A DNA stretch of 64,000 nt from Pseudomonadota bacterium (GCA_023410905.1 JAEYPL010000031.1:31137-95136), one strand, 5' to 3'. Positions 39,092-48,655 are shown, counted from the stretch's first letter. Notes: generated by a model not told the origin, from the sequence alone. Numbers and translations: made by a program.

Positions 39092-39964
39092 CTACGCGCG
39101 CTCCCGATCAAGCGAGCCGGTTGGATTGGTTGGAACCGAGGGACTCGATTGAGCTGAGGACATCCGCCCCAGCACATGTGTGACCTCTGCCCCATAGAGC
39201 AGGATCTGAGCAGAGTAATAAATCCATACGAGCAGTACGACGAGGGATGCGGCGGCGCCATACGTCGACTCCAGGCCTTGCGTGCCGATGTACCCGGATA
39301 TTGCGGCTTTCCCGATATTGAACAGCATGGCCGTCGTGAGCCCGCCGATCCAGGCATCGCGCCAAGCGACATCGGCGTCAGGGAACGATTTGAACAGCAT
39401 GGCGAACAGGGCAGACAGAACGCCGAGGGAGACCGCGAAATTCAGCGCTTCCCAAAGAAGGCTTTCACCGGAGCCGATCGACGCCGAAAGACCCGACAAA
39501 GCTGTGTTGATGACCAGCGATACTGCCAGAAGGAAGCCCAATGCGAGTATGCCGGCGAAGGACACGACATAAGTACGTATGTAGGTCCAGATGCCAGCGT
39601 ACTCCAGCTCCTTCGTTTCCCAGATCGTATTGAGCGCATCCTTGAGCTGCGCGACGACGCCGAGGGCTGCGGCCAGCAATAGGATGATGCCCACCAAGGC
39701 GGCTATGGCGCCGCTGGCTGGTGAGCCGGCACCTTGCAGCATGGCCTCGACAGCCTGGCTGCCGGCGGGCCCAAGCAAATTGCGGAGCTGATCGTTGAGC
39801 GCGGTGGAGACGGCCTCGCGGCCGAAGAACATGCCGGCAATGCTCACGACAATGAGGAGCAAAGGCCCCAGAGAAAACACCGAGTAGTAAGCGAGCGCCG
39901 CCCCAAGCCGCGCATCACGGTGGCGCAGCCAATCGTTGCCTGCTTCTACGAACACATTCCACAT
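39092..39964 (-). CDS. YihY/BrkB-family inner membrane protein
   Basis: RLGAALAYYSVFSLGPLLLIV.. and multiple TM segments. I chose the ATG at 39964 because the ORF track GTG at 40039 lies inside the predicted promoter at 40022-40048. Confidence 0.8.
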   Translation of the reverse strand: MWNVFVEAGNDWLRHRDARLGAALAYYSVFSLGPLLLIVVSIAGMFFGREAVSTALNDQLRNLLGPAGSQAVEAMLQGAGSPASGAIAALVGIILLLAAALGVVAQLKDALNTIWETKELEYAGIWTYIRTYVVSFAGILALGFLLAVSLVINTALSGLSASIGSGESLLWEALNFAVSLGVLSALFAMLFKSFPDADVAWRDAWIGGLTTAMLFNIGKAAISGYIGTQGLESTYGAAASLVVLLVWIYYSAQILLYGAEVTHVLGRMSSAQSSPSVPTNPTGSLDRERA

Positions 39965-40021
39965 GGTCGATGCCAGATCAGTCTCATCGGAGGCTGGCGC
40001 GTCAGTGTCGCGATCGGATCG

Positions 40022-40048
40022 GGAACGGGATTGGCGCACATACGTTCC
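40022..40048. promoter_or_regulatory. Dyad-symmetric bidirectional sigma-EcfG-type promoter (GGAACG-N15-CGTTCC)
   Basis: Plus strand: GGAAC (40022-26), N16, CGTT (40043-46), 38 nt before ATG 40084. Minus strand: GGAAC (40048-44), N16, CGTT (40027-24), about 60 nt before ATG 39964. Both match the alphaproteobacterial general-stress consensus GGAAC-N16-17-CGTT perfectly. Confidence 0.6.
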
Positions 40049-40083
40049 CTGAAAAATTATCCAGCATGTCAGCGAGGTAGCCG

Positions 40084-40560
40084 ATGTTCGGGCGGCTCAT
40101 GAATTGGATCGGAGATGCGGCAGGCTCCATCGCGACAAAGTATGCGCTACGCGCATCAGTGGGCGTTCCGTTCGCCCTGGCCGCAGGTTTTGGAATTGCG
40201 GGGCTTACCGCTTATCTGATCGAGCTGTTCGGCAGCAGAGACGCCTATTTCTTGCTCGCGGCAGGATTTGCGGTTTGCGGTGTTCTGGCAGCGCTCATCG
40301 TGCGTTGGCGCGAGAATCAGGAAGAGCACGAAGGACAAGATGCGCCAGACGAGCGAGCCGCAAAGTCCATGGCCACCGCTGCAAAAGTCGCAGTCAGCGT
40401 GCCCGCGGCGTTGATGGCAGAGAGGTCAGATACCCGCGTTGCGAGCACGGGGTGGGCCGCGATCCTGAAAGGCTGGCCTTTCTATGCCTTGGCCTTCGGC
40501 CTCCTTTTGCTTGCTTCGCAGTCAAAGAGCGATGCGCGTGCCCGGACGCTTCGCTTCTGA
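40084..40560 (+). CDS. Hypothetical small membrane protein
   Basis: 158 aa with two to four hydrophobic helices (VPFALAAGFGIAGLTAYLIELF, YFLLAAGFAVCGVLAALIV, WPFYALAFGLLLLA). RBS GAGG 6 nt upstream. No family recognised. Confidence 0.6.
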   Translation: MFGRLMNWIGDAAGSIATKYALRASVGVPFALAAGFGIAGLTAYLIELFGSRDAYFLLAAGFAVCGVLAALIVRWRENQEEHEGQDAPDERAAKSMATAAKVAVSVPAALMAERSDTRVASTGWAAILKGWPFYALAFGLLLLASQSKSDARARTLRF

Positions 40561-40787
40561 TCGATTGGTGGCTGAGCAGTGATGGCAAACCCCAAAAATG
40601 GACTCGCGTTGGGATCACGGCAGCGGGCATCTAGCATCGGCTCCGTGCTGAAAAATGAGTGAGCTCGCGGAACAACCCGAGGCTGCATGCGGTTCCCTTC
40701 CAAGTACAGCGAGTGGGCAGAGCTGGAAATCTTCGGCGTGCTCCGACGATATCGCGGCCGGTGTGGGTCAACAGGAGGACACGAATA

Positions 40788-41576
40788 ATGGCGCAAATTG
40801 ATCGGCCGCTCGCCGTTGTCACGGGTGCCTCGACAGGCATTGGATATGAACTGGCGAAATGCTGCGCGCGCGAAGGCTTCGATCTCGTCGTGGCTGCCGA
40901 TGAGGCGCAGATCCACGCATCAGCGGAGGAATTCAAGGCGATCGGTGTTCGCTGCGAGGCTGTAGAAGCCGATCTGAGCACGCTTGAGGGAGTGGATAAG
41001 CTTTTAGAGGTGATTGGTAATCGACCGGTGGAAGCACTCCTGGCGAACGCCGGTCGCGGACTCGGCAAAGGTTTTCTCGATCAAGACTTCGACGACGTCA
41101 TCCATGTGGTCAATACCAACATCAGCGGGACGCTCTACCTGATACAGAGCGTCGGTCACGATATGCGCGAGCGTGGCAAAGGGCGTATTCTCATCGTCGG
41201 CTCGATTGCGGGGTTCATCCCCGGGACCTATCAAGCGGTCTACAACGCGAGCAAGGCGTTTCTCGATTCCTTCTCGTTCGCATTGCGGGCAGAGCTTGCC
41301 GACAGCGGCGTGACGGTCACATGCCTTATGCCGGGCGCCACGGAAACCGACTTCTTCGAACGGGCCGATATGCTCGATACCGAAGTAGGGCAGAGCAACA
41401 AGGACGATCCCGTTGACGTGGCGGCGACGGGTTTCCGCGCCATGATGAACGGAGATGGCGATGTGGTCAGCGGCTGGCACAACAAACTGCAATCGGCCAT
41501 TGCCAATGTAACGCCCGCCGCGCTGCTTGCCGAGGCGCATCGCCAGCAGGCCGCGCCTGGATCCGCCAAGCACTGA
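40788..41576 (+). CDS. Short-chain dehydrogenase/reductase (SDR)
   Basis: TGASTGIG cofactor motif, NAG and the YQAVYNASK catalytic motif. AGGAGG RBS before ATG 40788. Confidence 0.9.
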   Translation: MAQIDRPLAVVTGASTGIGYELAKCCAREGFDLVVAADEAQIHASAEEFKAIGVRCEAVEADLSTLEGVDKLLEVIGNRPVEALLANAGRGLGKGFLDQDFDDVIHVVNTNISGTLYLIQSVGHDMRERGKGRILIVGSIAGFIPGTYQAVYNASKAFLDSFSFALRAELADSGVTVTCLMPGATETDFFERADMLDTEVGQSNKDDPVDVAATGFRAMMNGDGDVVSGWHNKLQSAIANVTPAALLAEAHRQQAAPGSAKH

Positions 41577-41586
41577 GGAGCGTCAT

Positions 41587-42756
41587 ATGAAAGCCCTGTG
41601 CTGGCACGGCAAGAACGATGTGCGTTGTGAGACCGTGCCCGATCCTAAGATCGAGCACCCACGCGACGCGATCATCAAGGTGACGGCCTGTGCCATATGC
41701 GGATCGGATCTCCACATCTACAATGGCATCATCCCGAATATGGAGAGCGGCGACATCATCGGCCATGAGACCATGGGCGAGGTGGTCGAGGTCGGGCGCG
41801 AGAACACCAAGCTCAAAGTTGGTGACCGCGTCGTCGTTCCGTTCACTATTGCTTGTGGCGAGTGCTTCTTCTGCCAACGCGGCTACCACTCCGCTTGCGA
41901 GCGCACTAATCCCGATCGTGACAAGGCTGCTGAGCTTTGGGGCAATTCACCAGGGGGCCTCTTTGGATACTCGCATCTGCTCGGCGGCTACTCCGGCGGT
42001 CAGGCAGAATATTTGCGTGTACCTTACGCCGACGTCGGCCCCATCAAAGTGCCCGCCAGCCTCAGTGACGATCAGGTCCTGTTTCTCTCGGACATCTTCC
42101 CCACCGGCTACATGGCGGCCGACTACTGCAATATCCAGGCGGGCGACACGATCGCTGTCTGGGGCTGCGGTCCCCTCGGGCAATTCGCCATTCGCAGTGC
42201 ATTTCTGCTCGGCGCGGAGCGCGTAATCGCGATCGACGCCGTGGCGGAACGACTTGCGCTTGCCGAGGCCGCAGGCGCCAAGACGCTGAACTTTCGCGAC
42301 CACGATATTTACGAGAACATCATGGAACTGACCAAGGGACGCGGCGCAGACGCTTGTATCGATGCTGTCGGTACGGAGGCGGACGCTACGGCAAGCCTCG
42401 ATTCCATGATCGATCGCGTGAAAGTGGCGACATATCTCGGTACCGATCGTCCGCATGTCCTGCGCCAAGCCATTCATTGCTGCCGAAATTTCGGTACCGT
42501 GTCCATCGTCGGCGTGTATGGCGGCTATCTCGACAAGATCCCAATGGGATCGGCAATCAATCGCGGCTTGACGTTTCGGATGGCGCAGACGCCTGTGCAA
42601 CACTATCTGCCGAGGCTGCTCGACCGCATCGAGAAGGGCGACATCGATCCTTCCTTTGTCGTGACCCACAGCGGAAAGCTCGACGAGGGGCCGGAGCTCT
42701 ACAAGACGTTCAATGCCCGCGCCGACGGATGTGTGAAAGTCGTATTGCGCCCTTGA
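41587..42756 (+). CDS. Zinc-dependent alcohol dehydrogenase family (glutathione-independent formaldehyde dehydrogenase-like)
   Basis: CAICGSDLH and [12 protein letters not shown] Zn-site motifs, the structural-Zn Cys cluster [15 protein letters not shown] and the GCGPLG Rossmann motif. Confidence 0.9.
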   Translation: MKALCWHGKNDVRCETVPDPKIEHPRDAIIKVTACAICGSDLHIYNGIIPNMESGDIIGHETMGEVVEVGRENTKLKVGDRVVVPFTIACGECFFCQRGYHSACERTNPDRDKAAELWGNSPGGLFGYSHLLGGYSGGQAEYLRVPYADVGPIKVPASLSDDQVLFLSDIFPTGYMAADYCNIQAGDTIAVWGCGPLGQFAIRSAFLLGAERVIAIDAVAERLALAEAAGAKTLNFRDHDIYENIMELTKGRGADACIDAVGTEADATASLDSMIDRVKVATYLGTDRPHVLRQAIHCCRNFGTVSIVGVYGGYLDKIPMGSAINRGLTFRMAQTPVQHYLPRLLDRIEKGDIDPSFVVTHSGKLDEGPELYKTFNARADGCVKVVLRP

Positions 42757-42900
42757 GGCTAACTCCAATTTCGGCTCGACCGCGCCTTTGAATGCGGTCC
42801 AACTGCTTTGCCTGATCTGTTGACGCAGAGTGCGATGCTCGATGCGCAAGTTCGGAACTAAAGCCGTGCCTTCCAGCTCACCATATGATGTTCCACACGT

Positions 42901-42925
42901 GGAACGGGTGGGCTCCCAGTTTGTT
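42901..42925 (+). promoter_or_regulatory. Near-consensus sigma-EcfG-type promoter (GGAAC-N16-TGTT)
   Basis: GGAAC 42901-05 and TGTT 42922-25, about 45 nt upstream of ATG 42970 of the PQQ-dependent dehydrogenase. There is one mismatch in the -10 element. Confidence 0.4.
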
Positions 42926-42969
42926 ACGCAATCAGTAGTCCGGGAATGGAACAGGGTCCGGAGAGTGAC

Positions 42970-44352
42970 ATGCGCAAATTGAACGCATTGGTCGGAGTTT
43001 GCCTGAGTAGCGCGATGATTATCACGGCAGCCGCTTCTGCATCTGCACAGTACTCATCTAACGGCACGCCCGGCTACGGCCCGAAGCCCGAGCTGCCGGA
43101 GCCAAAGCAATCGTGGTGGCCGACGCTGAACTGGGCCCGGGTCAATCCATGGCCAGAGGGTACGAAACCGCGACCTGCGCAAGGCGCTGAAGTAATCGCC
43201 TTCGCCAAGGACCTGAAGCATCCGCGCTGGCTGCACATTCTACCCAACGGCGATGTCCTGGTCGCGGAGGCCGCAAGCCTTCCAGCCGATTCGTGGAACC
43301 CGCGCACGATCGTGCAGAACTGGGCCATGCGGCGGGCCCGTTCGATCACGGAGAACGCCAATCGCATCACACTCTTGCGGGATGCAGATGGAGATGGCGT
43401 TGCAGAAGTGCGCGAGACGTTTCTCGAGAACCTGCGCCAGCCGTTCGGCATGGCCCTCATCGGCGATCAGTTCTACGTCGCCAATACCGACAGCGTCGTC
43501 AGATACACGTACCAGGAAGGCGCCACCCGCATCTCAGGAGAGGGCACGAAAGTCGTAGACCTTCCGGTCGGTCATCACTGGACGCGTACGCTGATTGCTA
43601 GCCCGGATGGCTCGAAACTCTACATCACAGTCGGATCGGGCAGCAATATCGGCGAAAAAGGCATGGGCGTCGAAGTAGACCGCGCGACGATCATGGAGTT
43701 CGATGTCGCGACGAGCCGCGTGCGCATCTTCGCTAGCGGGCTGCGTAATGCCAATGGCATGGCATTCGAGCCGACGACAGGCGCTCTCTGGACCGTCGTG
43801 AACGAACGTGACGATATCGGCGACGATACGCCGCCCGACTATCTTACGTCCGTCATCGATGGCGGATATTATGGCTGGCCATACAGTTACTGGGGCAAGA
43901 TCGTAGACGAGCGTGTCCAGCCGCAGCGCCCGGATTTGGTGGCACGCTCGATCACGCCGGACTATGCGCTCGGCGCGCATACTTCGTCGCTCGGGCTGGC
44001 TTACTACGAAGGGACTGGCCTGCCGGAAGGATTCCGGCGCGGTATGCTCATCGGCCAGCACGGCTCGTGGAACCGCCAAGCGTACAGCGGCTACAAGGTT
44101 GTCTTTGTACCATTCGAGAACGGCCGGCCAAACGGTGCGCCCGTGGACTTGCTTTCCGGGTTCATCAATGATGACGGCAGCGGCGAAGTCTTTGGCCGAC
44201 CGGTTGGCGTTGCTGTCGATCGGCAGGGTGCGGTGCTTGTGGCGGACGACGCCGGCGACACCATATGGCGTGTGAAGGGACAAGGCGGGCCGTCGCAACA
44301 GCAATCACTCAATGGCGCAATCCCAGAGACTCCCGCCAAGGCGATCGAATGA
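42970..44352 (+). CDS. PQQ-dependent sugar (sorbosone/glucose) dehydrogenase, secreted
   Basis: Signal peptide MRKLNALVGVCLSSAMIITAAASASA. Beta-propeller sDH-family sequence (FGMALIGDQFYVANTDSVVRY.., GYYGWPY). It lies directly upstream of pqqA. Confidence 0.85.
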   Translation: MRKLNALVGVCLSSAMIITAAASASAQYSSNGTPGYGPKPELPEPKQSWWPTLNWARVNPWPEGTKPRPAQGAEVIAFAKDLKHPRWLHILPNGDVLVAEAASLPADSWNPRTIVQNWAMRRARSITENANRITLLRDADGDGVAEVRETFLENLRQPFGMALIGDQFYVANTDSVVRYTYQEGATRISGEGTKVVDLPVGHHWTRTLIASPDGSKLYITVGSGSNIGEKGMGVEVDRATIMEFDVATSRVRIFASGLRNANGMAFEPTTGALWTVVNERDDIGDDTPPDYLTSVIDGGYYGWPYSYWGKIVDERVQPQRPDLVARSITPDYALGAHTSSLGLAYYEGTGLPEGFRRGMLIGQHGSWNRQAYSGYKVVFVPFENGRPNGAPVDLLSGFINDDGSGEVFGRPVGVAVDRQGAVLVADDAGDTIWRVKGQGGPSQQQSLNGAIPETPAKAIE

Positions 44353-44399
44353 ACGAACGGTACGATGTGCACTTTTCATCAACTAGACAGGAGATCTCG

Positions 44400-44513
44400 A
44401 TGAAGACGAAGACAAAGGATAAGAAGCGCACCTGGAGCAGGCCCATTGTGCAAGATGAGCAGTGCGGCATGGAAGTGACGAGCTACGCAAGTGCGTCTCT
44501 CGAAAGGTCGTAA
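44400..44513 (+). CDS. pqqA: PQQ precursor peptide
   Basis: 37-aa peptide MKTKTKDKKRTWSRPIVQDEQCGMEVTSYASASLERS with the conserved E-x3-Y (EVTSY) cross-link residues. AGGAG RBS. It is hidden inside ORF 44265..44513 of the track. Confidence 0.9.
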   Translation: MKTKTKDKKRTWSRPIVQDEQCGMEVTSYASASLERS

Positions 44514-44542
44514 GAGCACTCCCTTGCAATGATGCGCGCTTG

Positions 44543-45457
44543 ATGATCGTCCGCATTCTTGGATCGGCAGCGGGCGGCGGCTTTCCGCAATGGAATTGCA
44601 ATTGCGCAAATTGTGCTGCCGTCCGGGCCGGTGAATTAAATGTAATCGCGCGCACTCAGACGTCCGTGGCCGTGTCTGGTGACGGAGAGGATTGGGTGCT
44701 GCTCGATGCAAGCCCGGACCTCCGGGCCCAGATCGCCGTGGCGCCCGTTCTGCAGCCAGGGCGCGATGCCCCTGCGCGGTCGAGCCCCATCAAAGCCGTC
44801 GCGGTGACAGGATTCGAGATCGACCAAGTAGGCGGCCTGCTCAACCTGCGCGAGGGCCAGCAGTTTCACCTCCACGCCACAGCATTTGTGCACGCCTCGC
44901 TACGTGCGAACGAGATTTTCAATGTCATGGGCGCCTCGACGGTCCAGCGCGATGAAATGCGCCTCGCGGAGGCGTTCTCGCCTCACAGTGGAGCATCGAT
45001 CGAGATCATAGCGCAGCCCGTGCCGGGGAAGGTGCCCCTTCCTCATGCGGAAAAGTCGGAAGACGCGCCAGGTAGCGACGGCACTATCGCGCTGATCGTT
45101 CGTGATACGACGAGAGGCACGCGGATGGCGTATATACCGTGCTGTGCGGTGATCACCGATTCGGTGCTCGCGATGATCGATGGCGTGGATGTGCTGCTCT
45201 TCGATGGCACGCTCTACGCGGATCGGGAACTCATCGACCAGGGGCTTTCCCAGAAGACGGGCGCAACGATGGGGCACGTTTCCATGAGCGGGGCGATGGG
45301 CTCCATAGCCCGCCTGCGCGATGTGGTAATCGGACGGCGCATCTTCATCCATCTCAACAACTCCAATCCAGTTCTGAGAGCGGACAGTCGAGAGCGGCGG
45401 ACAGTCGTCGAAGCAGATTGGGAAGTCGCGTATGATGGCCAGGAGCTGACTGTATGA
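44543..45457 (+). CDS. pqqB: PQQ biosynthesis protein B (metallo-beta-lactamase fold)
   Basis: MIVRILGSAAGGGFPQWNCNCANC N-terminus typical of PqqB. Confidence 0.9.
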   Translation: MIVRILGSAAGGGFPQWNCNCANCAAVRAGELNVIARTQTSVAVSGDGEDWVLLDASPDLRAQIAVAPVLQPGRDAPARSSPIKAVAVTGFEIDQVGGLLNLREGQQFHLHATAFVHASLRANEIFNVMGASTVQRDEMRLAEAFSPHSGASIEIIAQPVPGKVPLPHAEKSEDAPGSDGTIALIVRDTTRGTRMAYIPCCAVITDSVLAMIDGVDVLLFDGTLYADRELIDQGLSQKTGATMGHVSMSGAMGSIARLRDVVIGRRIFIHLNNSNPVLRADSRERRTVVEADWEVAYDGQELTV

Positions 45458-46194
45458 AACCCGCAATGTCATCTGTGGCGTTCGAGGCGGCCATCCGGGA
45501 AGTTGGCCGCAATCGCTATCATGACAAGCACCCCTTTCATAAACTCTTACACAGTGGCCGGCTCGACAAGCGGCAAGTCCAGGCATGGGCGCTGAACCGC
45601 TATTGCTACCAGACAGCCGTTCCGCGAAAGGATGCGGCCCTGATCAGCCGCACGGATGACCGAGAGCTGCGTCGCGAATGGTTGCGTCGTATTCTCGATC
45701 ACGATGGCAGCGGCGATGATGAAGGCGGCATCGAGCGCTGGCTGCGCCTGACGGATGGTCTTGGGCTCGATCGCGCCTATGTCATGTCCATGCGTGGCGC
45801 GCTGCCGGCTACGCGCTTCGCGGTCGAGGCCTATATTCGCTTCGTCGGGGCCCGATCGTCGGTCGAAGCCGTTGCCTCTTCTTTGACGGAGCTTTTCGCG
45901 CCCGCTATTCATGAGCAGCGGATTGCCGGCATGTTGGCACACTACGATTTCATCGACGAAAGCGTTCTCACGTATTTCCGTCGCCGGCTGTCACAGGCCA
46001 ATCGGGATGCGGACTTCGCGCTCGCATACATCAAGCAGAATGCCACGACGTTCGACATGCAGAGTGCGTGCGTCGACGCGGTGCGCTTCAAATGCGATGT
46101 GCTGTGGGCGCAACTCGATGCGCTCCATCATGCCTACGTTATGCCGGGTATGCCGCCGCCAGGCGCGTTCGAAGCAGGGACAAGGCATGGATGA
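45454..46194 (+). CDS. pqqC: Pyrroloquinoline-quinone synthase
   Basis: YHDKHPFHKLLHSGRLDKRQVQAWALNRYCYQ PqqC signature. ATGA overlap with pqqB. Confidence 0.95.
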   Translation: MKPAMSSVAFEAAIREVGRNRYHDKHPFHKLLHSGRLDKRQVQAWALNRYCYQTAVPRKDAALISRTDDRELRREWLRRILDHDGSGDDEGGIERWLRLTDGLGLDRAYVMSMRGALPATRFAVEAYIRFVGARSSVEAVASSLTELFAPAIHEQRIAGMLAHYDFIDESVLTYFRRRLSQANRDADFALAYIKQNATTFDMQSACVDAVRFKCDVLWAQLDALHHAYVMPGMPPPGAFEAGTRHG

Positions 46195-46492
46195 GCACGC
46201 CATTGGTAACCCTGCCTCAGTAATGGATCTTGAGAGTCGACCGGTACTGCGACCTCACGTGAAGTTCCGCCATGATAGAGTTCGCGATCGCTGGGTCATT
46301 TTGGCGCCTGAGCGCATTCTGACGCCGAATGAACAGGCAGTAGATGTGCTTCGCCTCTGTGACGGACAGAGGACGGTCGCCAATATCGCCGCTGAGCTGA
46401 CCGAAACATACGATGCAGGGCCGGACACGATTGTCGCCGATATCCTCCCCATCCTGCAGGGCCTTGCGGATGCCGGCGTGTTGAGGTCATGA
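46187..46492 (+). CDS. pqqD: PQQ biosynthesis peptide chaperone
   Basis: 101 aa (..PHVKFRHDRVRDRWVILAPERILTPNEQAVDVLRLCDG..) that overlaps pqqC by 8 nt and pqqE by 4 nt. It is hidden in the tail of ORF 45911..46492. Confidence 0.85.
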   Translation: MDEHAIGNPASVMDLESRPVLRPHVKFRHDRVRDRWVILAPERILTPNEQAVDVLRLCDGQRTVANIAAELTETYDAGPDTIVADILPILQGLADAGVLRS

Positions 46493-47601
46493 GCGATCAC
46501 TCTTCGCGCTCGGACATGATCTCGGCGATCGAGCGGCCGGTAGGGTTGCTGGCCGAGCTGACGCATCGATGTCCGCTACAATGCCTCTACTGCTCCAATC
46601 CGCTGGAGTTGGATCGCGCGAGCGCCGAGTTGCCGACCGAATTGTGGCTCGATATCTTCAGCCAGGCAGCCGAACTCGGCATTTTGCAGCTCCACCTTTC
46701 GGGGGGCGAGCCAATGGCGCGCAAAGACATCGTCCCGCTCGTTGCGGGTGCAGTGCGCGCGGGCCTTTACACCAATCTCATTACCGCCGGCGTCACTCTG
46801 ACCTCCGAGCGCGTGCGCGTACTCGCTGAGGCCGGTCTCGATCACGTGCAGATCTCATTGCAGGATACGACAGACGCGGGCACTGAGATCGTCTCGAACT
46901 TCCGCGGTGGTTTCGAGCGGAAGATCGCGGCGGCCAGAGCCGTTCGGGCGACCGGTCTGGCGCTTACCATCAACGCACCGGTTCATCGCCTCAATCTCGC
47001 CCGGCTGCCCGAAATGATCGATCTTGCGGTGTCTCTCGGTGCCGGCAGGCTGGAAGTGGCTCACGTGCAGTACCTCGGTTGGGCTCTGCGCAATCGCGAA
47101 ACACTCATGCCGACGCGGGATCAAGTGGAGCAGTCCGTTGCGACCGTCAATGCCGCGCGCGATCGACTGCGCGGCGTTCTCGCCATCGACTTTGTCGTAC
47201 CCGACTATTACGCCGTCCAACCCAAGCCCTGCATGGGCGGTTGGGGGCGCCGGTTCATGGTCGTGGCGCCCTCGGGAGCAATCCTGCCCTGTCACAGCGC
47301 GCAATCCATTCCTGGTCTCACGTTCGAGAACGCTCGCGGCAGCACGCTGCACCATGCTTGGTTTCACGGCTCTGCCTTTCAAGCCTTCCGCGGTACGACG
47401 TGGATGAAAGAGCCCTGTCGATCCTGCCCGCAGCGGGAGATCGACTTCGGAGGTTGCCGTTGTCAGGCGATCGCGCTCACAGGGGACGCGACCAACACCG
47501 ATCCCGTATGCGTGTTGTCGGAGCATCACGCTCAGCTCGGTAAATTACGGACCAGCGGGATGAGCGATGGTGATGCCCGCAAGCACTACCGCGGCTGGTA
47601 G
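46489..47601 (+). CDS. pqqE: PQQ biosynthesis radical-SAM enzyme
   Basis: CPLQCLYCSNP radical-SAM Cx3Cx2C motif and a C-terminal SPASM Cys cluster. Confidence 0.95.
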   Translation: MSDHSSRSDMISAIERPVGLLAELTHRCPLQCLYCSNPLELDRASAELPTELWLDIFSQAAELGILQLHLSGGEPMARKDIVPLVAGAVRAGLYTNLITAGVTLTSERVRVLAEAGLDHVQISLQDTTDAGTEIVSNFRGGFERKIAAARAVRATGLALTINAPVHRLNLARLPEMIDLAVSLGAGRLEVAHVQYLGWALRNRETLMPTRDQVEQSVATVNAARDRLRGVLAIDFVVPDYYAVQPKPCMGGWGRRFMVVAPSGAILPCHSAQSIPGLTFENARGSTLHHAWFHGSAFQAFRGTTWMKEPCRSCPQREIDFGGCRCQAIALTGDATNTDPVCVLSEHHAQLGKLRTSGMSDGDARKHYRGW

Positions 47602-47606
47602 AGGCT

Positions 47607-48059
47607 CTAAGTGACATTCCGCGCAACCTTGATCAGTGGAAGACCACTTTCGGGGTCGTGGACTTTCTGCAGATGAACTGGAGTTTCAGTAACAATGACC
47701 TCGAGAGTGGGGCGTACATAACCCTTGTTGAGATGTCCGGCCCGCGCCGCTCCCGTTCGATCCGACAAGACTGCATGAACGTGCACCGCCGCCGTGCCAT
47801 CGGGATCGCGCGCTATATCGCCAATGAGCGAGGCGACCTCAACTTGCTGATCGATCTTGATTGGAAGATACTTCTTGCTCTCCCAATCGAAGAACGCGAG
47901 CTCGGCAGCGGAAAGCGCGCCTATCGCGGTTATCTGGGCGCTCCCGATATTCTGAGATGCCGCAAATTCCTTCAGGCACGCCATTGCTTCGTCGCCGACG
48001 CTGAGGACAACCGCAAAAGTGCGCTTTCCATCAATCTCGTGCAGCTGCTTAATGCGCAT
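47607..48059 (-). CDS. PPC/DUF296 domain protein
   Basis: MRIKQLHEIDGKRTFAVVLSVGDEAMACLKEFAASQNIGSAQITAIGALS..VHVHAVLSD is a typical DUF296 (plants and prokaryotes conserved) fold sequence. ATG at 48059 overlaps the upstream gene by 11 nt. Confidence 0.8.
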   Translation of the reverse strand: MRIKQLHEIDGKRTFAVVLSVGDEAMACLKEFAASQNIGSAQITAIGALSAAELAFFDWESKKYLPIKIDQQVEVASLIGDIARDPDGTAAVHVHAVLSDRTGAARAGHLNKGYVRPTLEVIVTETPVHLQKVHDPESGLPLIKVARNVT

Positions 48060-48270
48060 GGCCCGACTCGTGGGTCGCACAATGGGCACAACAGAATAAC
48101 TTGCCTCCAGCTTCGACACCGTGGCCGATGATGCGGCACTCACAGTGCTCACATCGGGGTGCCATTGCGTGCACCGCGCATTCAAAGCTGTCGAAAGTCA
48201 TCTCGCGCTGGCCCTGAATAACCTTGAAAGCCTTGTCGTAGTCGTTTCCGCACACATCGCATTTGGCCAT
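48049..48270 (-). CDS. Cysteine/histidine-rich small protein (73 aa), putative metal-binding, uncharacterised
   Basis: MAKCDVCGNDYDKAFKVIQGQREMTFDSFECAVHAMAPRCEHCECRIIGHGVEAGGKLFCCAHCATHESGHAH contains 9 Cys and 7 His. GAGGAG RBS before ATG 48270. Confidence 0.7.
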   Translation of the reverse strand: MAKCDVCGNDYDKAFKVIQGQREMTFDSFECAVHAMAPRCEHCECRIIGHGVEAGGKLFCCAHCATHESGHAH

Positions 48271-48280
48271 TGGGGTCTCC

Positions 48281-48547
48281 TCACTTATCTCCAAGTTCGA
48301 GCCATCCGGACCGGCTCTCGATGCTGTAGACACCATGGAAAGAAGCACCTCGGTCCCGTCCTGACGTCAGTCGCCCCAGCAACTTGAACGTGAAGCCGTC
48401 CGCTTCCTCATCCATACGCTGAATGTCCGCATCGAAGGCGTCGCCCTCGACGCGGAAATGCACGTCATTCACGCCGGAGTGGGCCAGAGACCGTTGAAGC
48501 GCGGGTTTGTCGGGTCCGTCGACAATGGATAATCTTCGCGGTGTCAT
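48281..48547 (-). CDS. Hypothetical 88-aa protein (first gene of a three-gene operon)
   Basis: Strong AGGAGG RBS 9 nt upstream of ATG 48547. It lies downstream of a perfect EcfG-type promoter. No family recognised. Confidence 0.55.
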   Translation of the reverse strand: MTPRRLSIVDGPDKPALQRSLAHSGVNDVHFRVEGDAFDADIQRMDEEADGFTFKLLGRLTSGRDRGASFHGVYSIESRSGWLELGDK

Positions 48548-48655
48548 AGCTACGCACCTCCTTGTCTCAGCGAACGCGTGGTCGCCAAGTTACGTCCGCC
48601 TAGTTACGGCGCTGCGCCAACAGGGTGTGCTCCCCTCGCGCTCCTCGTTAGAAAC

